A program made the position numbers and the translations under genes. From NCBI RefSeq assembly GCF_001194135.2, contig NC_068983.1:157296720-157360719 (forward strand): a DNA stretch of 64,000 bases. The letters run 5' to 3'. Positions within the stretch are counted from its first letter, which is position 1. Every line of letters begins with the position of its first letter. Of this stretch, positions 1-12,390 are shown piece by piece. Origin of the DNA: Octopus bimaculoides (taxonomy: Eukaryota). The notes below the pieces were generated by a model. It did no database searches. It saw only the letters and a program-made list of their open reading frames with translations, and was not told where the DNA came from.

Positions 1-3000
1 TATAAAAGATAGATAATACACTATTTGTTTAACAGTCAAAAGAGAATAAGCTATTTTGTCAATACCTTTTGGACTGCAATCTGGCAAAGTACGTGTTTTA
101 CGGCCGCGTTTTGGAGTTCGAAGATCTTCAGTAGTTATAATACTCATATCTAGCTCTAATTTCCGTTTAGCCTGAAAAGAAATTAAGTTGAATTAGTCGA
201 TCTTTTTTGTTAAATTTGAAATGTTAAAAGTAGTCCAAAAAGATACTCAAAATTTAACTGCAGAGAATGAATATACATCAGACAGAAAAAAAAGAAGAAA
301 AAAAACAGATTTTAATCTCACCTATTACCCAGATTAGAATGAATAAAGTTTTTGCCAATAAAGTTATTCTGAAGAAGTAAAAAAAAACATACTTTGGCAA
401 CTGTAATCAATCTGAAAGCTAAGTTTGACAGTGCATATATATACCAGATTTTAGAACAGCCACATTTATATCCTTTGTGTGTTGTAAGAAATAACTATGA
501 GTTGCTGTCAGGAAGGACATCTAGCCGTAAAATACTTGGACATAATGATGGTGTTTGTGATAGCAAGCCTATTTTTTTGAATTTATATGTCAAATATTTT
601 ATACAATTTATAATCATATGTCCGTAAATATACACACACACCAATGTGTGTGATCAAAATACTAATCTGATACTCAACTTCAAAGACAAATGATTCATAC
701 TAAAAGATGACTTATCCCCAAGCACAAAGGTGTATTTCCACTCCTTGTAACTATTGGAGAAAAATGCCTGCTGGAATAGTCTGTAAGAATGTAACTAAGA
801 CCATTGCATCAGCTGTATAATGGAGAGTGCATCTGGCCTCTTGAAGACAAAGTCTGATTCAATTCTATATGTGAATTAAGACAAAAGAAAACAAGTCTTT
901 ATGTAGTCACTCAACCAGCTAGAAATAGTAGCTGTATCTTTGAAAATGGACACATTGAATTAAGTAGTTCTAAATACATTCAAAAAGATGGATGGTCACA
1001 GTCAGAATACTTTTGATCACAGGTCTACTCAAACTCAATTGAAAAGAGATACTGCTTTGGCAACAAGATTATTCAGAATGAAAAAGACCAGGAAAGCTGA
1101 ATCAATTTTAGCAGACACCATTTCTTACACTGAGACACCAATGTGGTTATGTGGTTAAAAATTTTACCTCCCAACCACATGGTTCGAAGTTCAGTCCAAC
1201 TGTGTTGCACCTTGGGCAAGTATTTTCTACTATTGCCTAGTGGTTGAATTTGGTAGAAACTGAAAGACAGCATGTATGTGTGTGTGTGTGTATATATCAA
1301 TGTAGGTGTATATGTGTCTCCTTGTCTTGACATCATGTGATAGTCAAAAATGAGTGTCACTGTCATACAAACAGTGTCATTCATTTCTAATATTTTGTGA
1401 ATATATGTTTTATTTGTTTCATGAAAACTATGTCTAACCATGGGGAAATATTACCTTGCTTGGAAATAGTTGAGAGTTGGCAACTAGAAGGGCATCTAGT
1501 CATAGAAAATGTGCCCCAGTTAGTTTTGTCCAACATATGAAAGCATAGAAGAATGGCTCTTTAAATGGTGATGATGAATACAAGCAATAGCCAAATTCAA
1601 ATTAAATTCTTGAGTCATCTAAATGAAAGGCAACTTTTAGATCAAGGTTATAGGTAACCATTTCAAAGATCATCATCATCATCTATTTTCCATACTGACA
1701 GGCTAAAAGACTGCACTAATCTCTACTAACTGCTTTGGCAAGTTTTCTATGGTTTGATTGACTTCCGAATACCGACTGCTTTACAAAGTACACTGAGTGC
1801 TTTTTACATGGCACCAGCAAACTCACTTGCAAGACAATGACCACTTAGTTGAGTAAGGAGTAGAATTGAGGGAGGTGGTCTTGTGCAAGGTGATGAGAGG
1901 TTAGAGTATTACAGAGGAACAGAAACAAGTGTCTTGCTGTAGAGAGTATACATAGCTACCCCAGTTGGAAAAGGGGAGAGAAAATGGTGAAGAAAATGTG
2001 TCAGGATATACCTTCAAGTTACAGGGAGGTGTATATAAAGGAAGTGTTACAGAGGATTGGTTATTCAATTAACTATTGTATATGTGTCAATGTATAGGTA
2101 GCCCAATCGAAATCCAATCTGATTAACACAAGTCTGCTTTTCTCAGGAGGATTGTCCAGCCTTGAACAGTATGATGCTGTTGAACATTTAGGATAGAATA
2201 GTAATTATGAATGTACTATGTAAGTAGACACACAACAAGTACATAACTATGCATGCGTGAGTATGTTTGTGTAGACATGTGCATATGATATATATGAAGA
2301 AGATATTACATACACACACTTAGCTGTCTGGTTGAGAAGCTTGCTTCCCAATCATATGGGTTCAGTGCCATTGCATGACATCTCGGGCAAGTGTCTTATA
2401 CTATAGCCCTGGGCCAACCAAAGCTTTGTATGGTTTTACATAGAAACTAAAAGAAGCCTGTCGTATGTATGTATGTGTCTGTGTGTTTGTGTGCGTATGT
2501 GTGTGCATCCTTGCCCTAGACATGTGTTGGTTGTAAATGAGCATCATCGTCATATAAGCGAGGTTGTTCGTTTCTAGTCTTCCGTGAACATGTTTAGCTC
2601 TGGAAAACTATTAATTTGCTTAGAAACATAAAGGTAAGCGATAGGAAGGTCATCCGGCTGTAAAAAAAATCTGCTTCAATAAATTCCGTCTGACCCATGC
2701 AAGCATCGAAGAGTACGTTAAAAATTATGCTGATGTTTATACACACATGCACGCATGTTTACATACACACAAATGTATCTACATATAAACATGCCAATTT
2801 AATACGAGCGAGGATTGGGGACTCCTGGAACAATTTTTTAAATTAGATATTACATGGGTTCATTGATTAGAATTTCTAACAGATCCCAAATTAAATTCCA
2901 AATATTTTTTTTAGTACTAAACACTAAAATACCATTGGTATCTTCTTGGTTAAAATGACTTTGCATTCAAGAACCATCACGATAGACTCAAAAAGTTGAG

Positions 3001-3951
3001 ATCATATTTTGTAAAACACCTTGAAAAATAAGTAAATACCAACCATGTCAAGAAAGGATCCGTTTTAAAAACTTGGACACGCGGCCAGAACTAGGCAGAC
3101 ATGTGGGTGGTTTGTTCCGATATGCCGTCAATTCATTCAGTAAACAAGATTTGGATATCAACACTAATAATTATCTCCCTTGTCATTCATCCACAAAACT
3201 AAGCAACATGCAAAACTTTTAACTTTTCAACTGCGATCACTTAGAAAATATTAGTGACAGTTGGAGTGTTCAAGTTAAAAATTAAATTACTAAGCATTAA
3301 CCGGACTAGAAAGTAATGTTTCCTGCGAGAAATGTAATATCAAAGCTTATACACTATAACAAAGAAAATTATGAACTATAAAAAATATATATATAAAAAG
3401 ATTAATTCACTAATAGCAATAATATACAATAATTTTGGGGGGGTTGATTCGTCACCAAATTTCACTTACAGATCTATGCAGATCATATTTACCTGATAAG
3501 TGTTTTACATTTATATACAAAGAAAACTATATTAGATCAGCTATAAATTACAAGCCACGTTCTCAGCTTGTTAAGAAGAAAAGAAAAAACAAAAGAAAGA
3601 GCTGTATAAACATGTGTGGGTAGATAATTCGTTTTCATAAACAAGCACAGGTGTACATTGAAATCTAAAAGTGCGATAACCCATTCAGACTGAAGACAAT
3701 AAAAATAATTTACTAAATGATAAAATAAAATGAAAATTAAATAAACGTTAAAATATTTTTTCGTCAGAATATTTGATTAAAGATAAGGTAGCTTTTAGTT
3801 ACGTCCCTTTATATTCTGAGTTACAAATCCCATTGAGGCCGACAAAAATATGCATAGCTATTTCAGAACTGGAATAGATTAAATCATCAAATGTCTTTTC
3901 TCCAAAATGTGTTTGACTAGAAATCGTTGAATTGAAAGCGACATACTAAGC

Positions 3952-4094
3952 CAGGCATGGACAACCAGCAGCCCATGGGAATTTCTGAATGGCAAACCTA
4001 AGGAAAAATTACCTGAACATTTTTTTTAGTGCAACCCGCCTGATAATGAGCCCGTGTTTGGTGTCCGTTGCTCGAAAATAGTTGCCCATGACTG
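3952..4094. mobile_element. hAT-type MITE (143 bp)
   Basis: TIRs CAGGCATGGACAAC / GTTGCCCATGACTG; 8-bp TSD TACTAAGC / TACTAAGT (7 of 8 match). Confidence 0.7.
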
Positions 4095-4336
4095 TACTAA
4101 GTGACCTATTTCTTATGATGAATACAAATCGATTGGAGTATTTGATGAGCAACAAAAATTTTAATGAATTCAAATCTTAATTTAAAGAATACCCAAATGG
4201 CGATCTTTCGAATTTTGTACATATAATCTGTCGAATAAAGAGACAAAAACAGCATCTATTATAAGTGAAAGAAAGGCATTCATCATGTGGGTATCTACAG
4301 GGCAGTATGCATAACTCTGTGTGTGTGTGTGTGTGA

Positions 4337-4381
4337 GGGAGAGAGAAAGAAAGAAAGAAAGAGAGAGAGAGAAAGAAAGAG

Positions 4382-4414
<33 letters not shown>

Positions 4415-4427
4415 AAGAAAGAGAGAG

Positions 4428-4458
<31 letters not shown>

Positions 4459-4536
4459 GAAAGAAAGAGAGAGAGAAAGAAAGAAAGAAAGAGAGAGAGA
4501 GAAAGAAAGAGAGAAAGAAAGAAAGAAAGAGAGAGA
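4337..4536. repeat. (GAAA)n/(GA)n compound microsatellite
   Basis: Directly visible; preceded by (TG)n. Confidence 0.95.
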
Positions 4537-4982
4537 GGTATACCAAAGCGATTTCGTAATTTTATTTTCCTCCGTCTCTGCTATGAAAACCTTCAGTTGA
4601 TTAAAGATTAGTATCTTTATTACCTCGTGATGAGGATATTTTGACCGATATAAACGATCATTTGTTTATCTTTATCTGTCGATTATTGCAGATTATTTGC
4701 CTTCCCCGCTATATGTACAAAGTTCTATAGATCACTACTGGATTAAAGTCTTCCACCCCCATTCACATACAAAACTGTGCACATGCCTACCATTATAAAG
4801 CTGTTAATTTTCCCAAGTCGTTGTTTTAAATTTGCTGTGGATGCCCTCCCTCGAAATTGCTATAACTACTCATTTTAATGTCTAACCTGTAGAGGTTTTA
4901 TAAGACTGAAACGCCCGGAGTTGTCACCATGCCAAAGAGCATACTGTATTCAACTTTTAATCAATTCGAATTCCGAAGTTTA

Positions 4983-5211
4983 AGTACATTATTTACATTC
5001 GACGGATATTTGTCATCTTGTTTGTTGTTAACACAACGTTTCGGCTGATATACCCTCCAGGCTCCATCAGGTGTCTTTGGGAAATTTCGAAAGGTAATTT
5101 TGGATGTTATTATTATTATTGTTGTTGTTGTTATTATTCAGGTCACTGCTTGGAATCGAACTCGGAATCTTGGGGTTAGTAGCCCGCGCTCTTAACCACT
5201 ACGCCATATGC
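4983..5211 (-). mobile_element. Second copy of the tRNA/hammerhead element, inverted head-to-head with the first
   Basis: Reverse complement of the 5219 copy. Hammerhead motif at 5030-5075 with a CUGAUGG core (A9>G) and one stem II mismatch; short internal deletion in the linker. Confidence 0.8.
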
Positions 5212-5218
5212 AATACGG

Positions 5219-5480
5219 GCATATGGCGTAGTGGTTAAGAGCGCGGGCTACTAACCCCAAGATTCCGAGTTCGATTCCAAGCAGTGACCTGAATAACAAC
5301 AACACTAACATCGAAAATATCTTGGGAATGAGAACCCAGGTTCGAAATTTCCCCAAGACACCTGAAGAAGGCTGGAGAGTATATCAGCCGAAACGTTGTG
5401 TTAACAACAAACAAGATGAGGACAAATATCCGTCGAATGTAAATAATGTGCATAATTCCTCATCTCTTAAATATAGAACT
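5219..5480 (+). mobile_element. tRNA-headed SINE-like element carrying a minimal hammerhead ribozyme (copy with intact core)
   Basis: A box TGGCGTAGTGG and B box GAGTTCGATTCC, then an (AAC)n linker, then GACAC-CTGAAGA-A-GGCTG..CAGCC-GAAACGTT-GTGTT at 5357-5402. Confidence 0.8.
5357..5402 (+). ncRNA. Minimal type I hammerhead ribozyme motif
   Basis: Stem I GACAC/GUGUU, core CUGAAGA, extra A, stem II GGCUG/CAGCC with a 10-nt loop, GAAA, palindromic ACGU replacing stem III, predicted cleavage after GUU (5397). Confidence 0.72.
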
Positions 5481-6470
5481 GTATTGTCTGATAAGATTCA
5501 CCATTAATGTTATTAATTTTCATTCCATTTTCGGTGTAATTATGGATTGATCAAAAGAGCCCTCATTTAAAAATATTCAATCTGGAACTAGTAAAAACGA
5601 GAAACATTGCTTGTATGACAATGATGCTTGTTTAAAAATCATCAGATAATGTTAAGACAAAGATACACACATAATCGCTTTCATTAGCTTACAATTGTTT
5701 CTGCTCTAAGAAGCATTTAATTCAGAGCTGAATACTCATAAGAGTTTCCTCAGAAGCACAAGTATATTAAGTTTTAACAACTGGATATTGGTATTAAGGC
5801 TAAGCAAAATTATAATATCTGTTGTATATATTATACATATGATAAACATTAAAAAACAAAAAAGATGAAGCAAAAATCAAACAGGATTTATGAGGTTGAT
5901 GCTCAGAGAAATTGGAAGATGTGTTTTATGTTTCAAGTATGCACTCATCTATGGAAAGGATAGATGAAGAGAGAGAGAAAAAACAAAGACATACAAATGT
6001 GCCTCAATTAGACTGTCATCACATATATACACACAATGGTTGTTTAACTACACATGGAACAAACATTATCAAGAACCTACTGCAGAACCTCTCATATTGT
6101 CAACACCATCAATACAATCCACACCTATAATGAAGCAATTTCAACAATAAAGTCAAGCATATCCCAGACATACTACTAAAAGAAACCTAAACACTGCAAA
6201 AGTAAGACAATCAGGTTCAATCCACTGTTCAACCTGCAAATATGTACACCAATTGCTAAAATATTCTTTAATCTCTTACACAAATATTTCCCACTGACAA
6301 ATATGATAAATCAAGTTCAAATTCTGCCAACATTGACTTTGTCATTCACCCTTTCAGGGTCAATGTACTCAACTTACCCCTCTCCCAAAATTGCTGGTCT
6401 CATACCATAATCTAAAATAGTCCAACCCATGCCAGCATGGAAAATAGACATTAAATGATGATGATGTGCA

Positions 6471-6501
<31 letters not shown>

Positions 6502-6959
6502 ATAGATAGATAGACACACAGACAGACAGATAGATTGTATATTTTGAGTGCTGCTGTCATTTAAATTCTATGTTGAAAAGTCATGTCAAAAGTTAATATA
6601 TAGATTAAACTACCAAGTAAGATAGAAAAATAATTTTGAATCTTGCCAAAGAAGGTGGAACAGTTTCTTAGAAGAGGCTGCACTCACATCCTCTAAGTAC
6701 AATGAGAGCTTCTTTACTATCACTGTCTGTATCAGTTCACTATCAAATTCTCATCATTATTATCAAAACAAGCAAGACAGAAGAAATAGTTCTATGAAGC
6801 ACAAACAAAACTGAAGAAAAAAAAAAAAAACTTTTCCTGCAAGTTTCAACTAATACCGTTCACAACTTTTTGAGTTATTTTGCACACAGATGGACAAACC
6901 AACACTGATGAAAACATAACCTCCTTCCTTGGAGGAGGTAATAATAGTCCTGTGTATTA

Positions 6960-7500
6960 AAAATAGGCAAAGGATAGAGGTTCTGAAGCACTAAGCTAGA
7001 AGTAGATATATTGTGGGAGCACAATATATTAGATATGCATTTGAGGCTCTTAGTAATAGCTAATAAAATCTTAGGTAATACTGACATTACGGACGGAGTA
7101 ACAATCTTTCTCTTTGGTGATTTCAGGTAAACTCAGGCAGTCATACAAGAAGATACATTTGCTAAAGGGTTGAGAGAATGCCTCATAGGAACCTGTGTGT
7201 GGAGACATGAGAAAAACTTCCACTTTCAACCAACACGAGGGTTTTACTTTATAGAGATGTCTCAGCAGCTCAATTTGCAAAAGTTGTACTTTAGTCAGTG
7301 GGCAATGATCATCTGTAAGCTGACGCAGAGTAGAAATACAGGAAAACGATGAATCAATCAGCAAACATTTCCAGGCATGTTACTCAATGTTTATTCAGGC
7401 ATCTCACAGACTTATAGAAACCATAGGTGGCTTCCTGAATAATGCCATTCTAACTCCGCAAAATATCATAATCATTTGTTGAGTAGTAGCCTAATTCAAA
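6960..7500 (+). mobile_element. Helitron PIF1-like helicase remnant (pseudogenised)
   Basis: YAFEAL...DGVTIFLFGDFR*TQAV...ECLIGTCVWRH...; later VYSGISQTYRNHRWLPE.AILTPQN. These match Helitron helicase motifs (GDFRQxLPV, WLxxRAILAPKN) and contain stops. Confidence 0.7.
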
Positions 7501-8689
7501 TGGTACGTGTCAATTCACGGTAGTTGATGTTAACTGTACTGCCAAGTATCTCACTTCTCTTCTACCCTCTTTTGTCCCTATTACAATCTGCAACTGAAAC
7601 TATGAACATTTATTGTGTAGCTAAGAAATTTGGATGCCCCAAAACTCTGTACCAGTACAGAGCTAGCTGTCAAAACTATTCAATCCCAAGTTATTAAATC
7701 CATCATTATGAGATGTTTTATTCCACACATTTTCCTCATCTCATCAGAGATGCTATTTCAGTTCAAATACTTTCAGTTTCTACTGATACTGCTTTTCTCT
7801 ATGACATCAACAGTTCTCAGATAATACTCCAGCATGTTTCATTCATAGTTAAAACTACAAAAAGCACTACAAGATACTTTGGTTAAGAAAGAATGAATAA
7901 CCAAGTTTGTGTGTGTAAGCCTTTAGCATTCAGATTAATCTGTCAAATATAATGCTTATTTATTCACATTGTTTTGAATTAATCATACATTATCTTGTAG
8001 CTTCAAGATTTTGATGATGTGATTCGCTTTTAGAATGACATAGTAAGATAAGTGTGAGAGGCTGGATTTGGTCAGTTTAAACATAAAACAGGTAGAACAT
8101 GTAGGTTGGATATGACCAGTTTAAATGCAAAAGAGTTAAAATTTAGGTAGCAGAAATTCCATCATCTAAGAACTCAGACTTTCCTAAAATTCTTAAATTT
8201 TATAAATTTAGCAAGCTTTGTGTACACACATCTGTGAGAGCCATGACCGTATAGTGATAACATGCAACTATCCAGCAACCATTGCAAAAACAAGTCACCA
8301 AACTGTGTCATACTCTTTCCATTTAAGGCAGGCAGGCAGACAGATAGACAGATATAAAGCATATATATTTATTATAAGCACATAACAATGACTCATGAAA
8401 TAGATAAACTTGTTTGTGTGAAGAAAGATCATTAAAACTGAGTCAGCTAACTTGAAAAAATAAAAAGAAGTCAAATATGGTGTGAGAAAGTTTGTGCCTC
8501 AAAACTTTTGAATGGAAACCAAGAACGAAATACAATAAGCCTTATTGCTTAATAAAAAGAGACTGTTTTTAAATGTGCTAATGCTTCTAGTTAGCATAAA
8601 ATTAAGCTTTTGGTGATCAGCATAAAATTAAGATTTGATGTCCACAAACTTTTAACATGTTTGTACATTCTCCTATGATTTATATATGA

Positions 8690-9230
8690 CCCAAAAGACT
8701 GCTTGAAATGGACAGGCACATTTTACACTTGTATCCCATTAATTCATCAGAACTTAAGAAAATTGTGGAACCCTACAAATACAAAATGATTTCTACTTCT
8801 TGACAACTGTAGGACCCACTCACACAAACAAAATTATTGTCAAAATGTTGAATGTTTTTGCATGCTACTTGTCACTAAATATAATGTCATTAATTCAACC
8901 CTACAGAATTTCAATGCAGTGTGCAATCAAAGACGCAATATTTTTTACTTGTGACTGAATATGATGCAGTCAATCCTGAAACGCTTTTAAGAACATGGAA
9001 AAAGTTATGGCAGAGTGTAGTATTAGCAGTGCAAGAACTAATAAAGACTGTTAAATAATCTCTGGAAGTCAACACTATATACAAACTGAATGTTGCTGAC
9101 AGAAGAATGGGAACACACTAAAGATGCTATCAAAGCTGTAATCCCTTTCACTGAACATGAAATCATTCAAAGCATTACAGCTCCTGATAAAATAGAAGAG
9201 AGAAGATAATTGAGACAACAAAACTGGAAA
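8690..9230 (+). mobile_element. Degenerate pogo/Tigger transposase remnant
   Basis: Broken frames read IKDAIF..V.EYDAVNPETL..TWKKLW, the C-terminal signature of Tigger/JRK-type DDE transposases. Confidence 0.45.
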
Positions 9231-9611
9231 TAATATCTTAGGCCACTGTGGAAAATATGCATCAATAAATTTGTGGAACAAGACCTTGGCTTCAACCTTC
9301 AAAATGCCATACACACATACAAGAAAAAAAGAAAAGAAGCTATCCCACAAAGCAAACACAATCTTGCTAACGTGGTTACCAGTAGCAGTTGGTGTGTATG
9401 TGTGTGTTTTAATTATTTTTTCATGCTTGCATGTGTCAGATGGAATTTGAGATTGATTTTTTAATGGTTAAATGCCCTTCGTGTTGCAAACCATCACCTG
9501 TTTCCAAATAAGGTAATAATCCCATAATCTACCAAAGAATGAACCCATTGTTTGCTATCAGTAAACATGAACGGAAACAAAGGGATATACAAACTCACAC
9601 AAACACGTATG

Positions 9612-9829
9612 TACGAGGGGTGCTGAAAAGGTTCTGGCCTTAAGGGTCTTGCAAAAGGCCTAGTCAGAGGCCCAACCTTTCAAGTTCTTTTACAGAGTTT
9701 AGAAAAACTGAAGGACTGCTGCAATAAGTTTGTGAATCTAAGAGGAATATGTTCAATAAAATCAGGATTAACTGATCCTCCTGTATTTTCACGTACCCAA
9801 AGCCAGGAGCTTTTAAGCACCCATTCGTA
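9612..9829. mobile_element. Tc1/mariner-type MITE
   Basis: TACGAGGGGTGCTGAAAAG ... CTTTTAAGCACCCATTCGTA imperfect TIRs with TA ends. Confidence 0.55.
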
Positions 9830-10692
9830 TATATATTTTGTGTTTGAGAGTGCTCTAAACTGACTTAGTTTGTTTATACTTTTTGTCTATAGCAAGAATT
9901 TTTCTCCATGACAAAATGCAGTGTTCGAATATATCTGAAGCATATTAGAATTGGTAACAAGTTTATATTTATATAAATCACTGCTTAGTATTCAAATATG
10001 TATTTTGACTGGAATTTAATAGATCTAGTTTCTCAGTCAGTTCAGAGTTGCCTCTCTTGCCAATGTTCACTGCTGAAGAGGAGATAACTATTAAAAAAGC
10101 ATGCATTTCTCGATCTGAAGAGAGAGTGCTCTGAACTGACTGTGTTCACGCCATTTTGTGTACAGTGAGATTTTTTCTCTGTGACAAAATTCAGTGAATG
10201 GCATTTCTTACAAGGTTCAAACATATCTGAACTGATAACAAGTTTATATATAAACCACATATAAAGTACCCATTACACTCTGCAGTGGTTGGCGTTAGGA
10301 ACGGCTCCCAACCGTCGAAACCAAGCCAAAATAGACTATGGAGCCTGGTGCAGGCCTTGGCCTTACCAGTTCCTATCAAACCGTCCAACCCATGCCAGCA
10401 TGGAAAACGGACGTTAAAAGTTGACGATGATCCACACACTATTTATTAAACCAGTGATTCATAACAGCTGGGTCTTTTTGGCTAACTTGTCAAACTTAGC
10501 AAAACCGATAGACCGTTTGTCACAAATCCCTACTTTTATAAGTATCTATTTTTAAAGTAAAATACCATCTTGACTACTTTGCTTGAAGGAGAATTCTAAT
10601 TAATAACTTTCTGACATATATAACTAATGAGTATACTTATTTCTCATGGCATTCACAACTACCATTCATCTCCACAACAACAGTTATATATA

Positions 10693-11010
10693 GGCGGAGT
10701 GGCTGTGTGGTAAGAAGCTTGTTTCCCAACCACATGGTTCTGGGTTCAGTCCCACAGCGTGGCACCTTGGGCAAGTGTCTTCAACTATAGCCTCAGACCG
10801 ACGAAAGCTTTATAAGTGGATTTGGTAGACGGAAACTGTATGTCTGTGCCTGTCCACACACCATCATTGGTGTGTTTAGGTCCCTGTAACTTAGCGGTTC
10901 GGCAAGAGACCGATAGAATAAGTACTAGGCTTACAAAGAATAAGTCCTGGGATCAATTTGTTCGCCTAAAGGCGATGGATGCTCCAGCATGGCTACAGTC
11001 AAATGACTGA
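10693..11010 (+). mobile_element. tRNA-derived SINE with CORE-like segment (GGCACCTTGGGCAAGTG)
   Basis: Head GGAGTGGCTGTGTGGTAAG...GGTTCAGTCCC. Related copies at about 1130-1270, 2320-2460, 12880-13000, 16350-16500, 17900-18070 and 39270-39440. Confidence 0.7.
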
Positions 11011-12165
11011 AAAGTAAAAGAATATGCTCCATTAGGGCTCCCACCCTTATTCAATCCTCGATGACATTGTTCTATTTTCATCTTTGTCACCCATAACCCC
11101 ACCCTTTTTATTTAGTTCATTCTGCTCTTGAAAATGTGGACACATAGATTCTGGATCTGATAACATAACCAAAATATTACAGTTTCCACCAGCTGACCAT
11201 TCTCACCAACTTTATTCTGCTCTCATCTCTACAGACCACCCAACTGATCTATAGCACTTACTTGTCGCGTGCCATCTCAAATGCCTTTGGTTTCTTGATG
11301 ATGGCCAGGATTTTTAGAAGTTTCAGCTTGATACTTATGCTGAAGTTTTATTTTGAATGACCTCAGGGTGATCTTGCACCAAGTCTTGTACTGATTTTTT
11401 TGGCTGCACTCCACTATTTGGTCAACAATGAGGTGTGTGTGTGTATTGTTGCATTTACAATCTTACAATCTTGATTTCACTTCCCAGACCAGCAATGCAT
11501 TGTGTTCTTGTGCAAAGCACTTCATTCTATGTTGCTCCAGTCCACTCAGCTGTAAAAAGCATCCTGTTCAGAATAAATGTTAGCCTGCCAACTCATCCAC
11601 TGGGCTGGCATTGTTGGAAAGCTGCAACATTGCAAGGAAGTGCATTGTGACCAGTGATACATAACAACCTCCGATTGTCTGGTCAATATATAAAGAACTG
11701 AGAATATGTCTGTCAGTCTGTATTACTGAAACTTGAAAATTACCCAACCGATTCCACTCAAATTTTACACATGCCTTACTTAGGGTCCATGTAGTGTCAT
11801 AGGCCAAAAAAAGTTTGAACTGCTTGCCTAATGCGAGCCTGGAGAAATCTCTTATCTCTTAATATACTCTTATCTCTTAATATACTCTTACACTAATTCA
11901 GTATTACATGTCAAAAGTGAAACAATAACATCGCTATTGTAATGTAAGATAATACTTACAGTTTAATAGTTTCACTATTAATACTTTCACTTTGTATATA
12001 ATATATACACAGTGAAACTATTAATACTGAAACAATATTATTTGACATATATACATGCATATATATACATATATATATACCGGAGTAAGCACATAAATGT
12101 GAAACAATGTGGAAAAAAGAGTACTCAAATACCAGAAGTAGAGAATATGCTTTATTTAAATAAAG

Positions 12166-12223
12166 TATGTGTGTGTGTGTGTGTATGTATGTAAGTATGT
12201 ATGTATGTATGTGTATGTACATC

Positions 12224-12265
<42 letters not shown>

Positions 12266-12390
12266 GGTGTATATGTATAGATTTATATGTATACATATAT
12301 AGATGTATGTGTATATATATGTATATGTATATATATATGTGTGTGTGTATATATAGATGTATATGTATATATATATATATGTGTGTGTGT
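12166..12390. repeat. (TG)n/(TA)n/(TATG)n compound microsatellite
   Basis: Directly visible. Confidence 0.95.

Noticed and set aside
2147-2219. Exon-like segments with good splice sites (2147-2219 and about 33333-33405, plus strand)
   Set aside because: Stops occur in all frames and there is no linking evidence; they can only be UTR or non-coding exons, if real.
4027-4085. CTGATAATGAGC...GCTCGAAA hammerhead-like string
   Set aside because: The core is not CUGANGA, no stem I or III closure is present, and it lies inside a hAT MITE.
4287-4611. Lys/Glu/Arg-rich and Phe/Leu/Ser-rich ORFs
   Set aside because: They are translations of the (GAAA)n/(GA)n microsatellite.
5219-5292. tRNA-like sequences at 5219, 5138 and 37734 as functional tRNA genes
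   Set aside because: The acceptor stem does not pair and the anticodon stem is mismatched; these are SINE heads.
6875-7364. Protein-like minus-strand ORFs (70 and 97 aa)
   Set aside because: They are the antisense of the decayed Helitron helicase on the plus strand.
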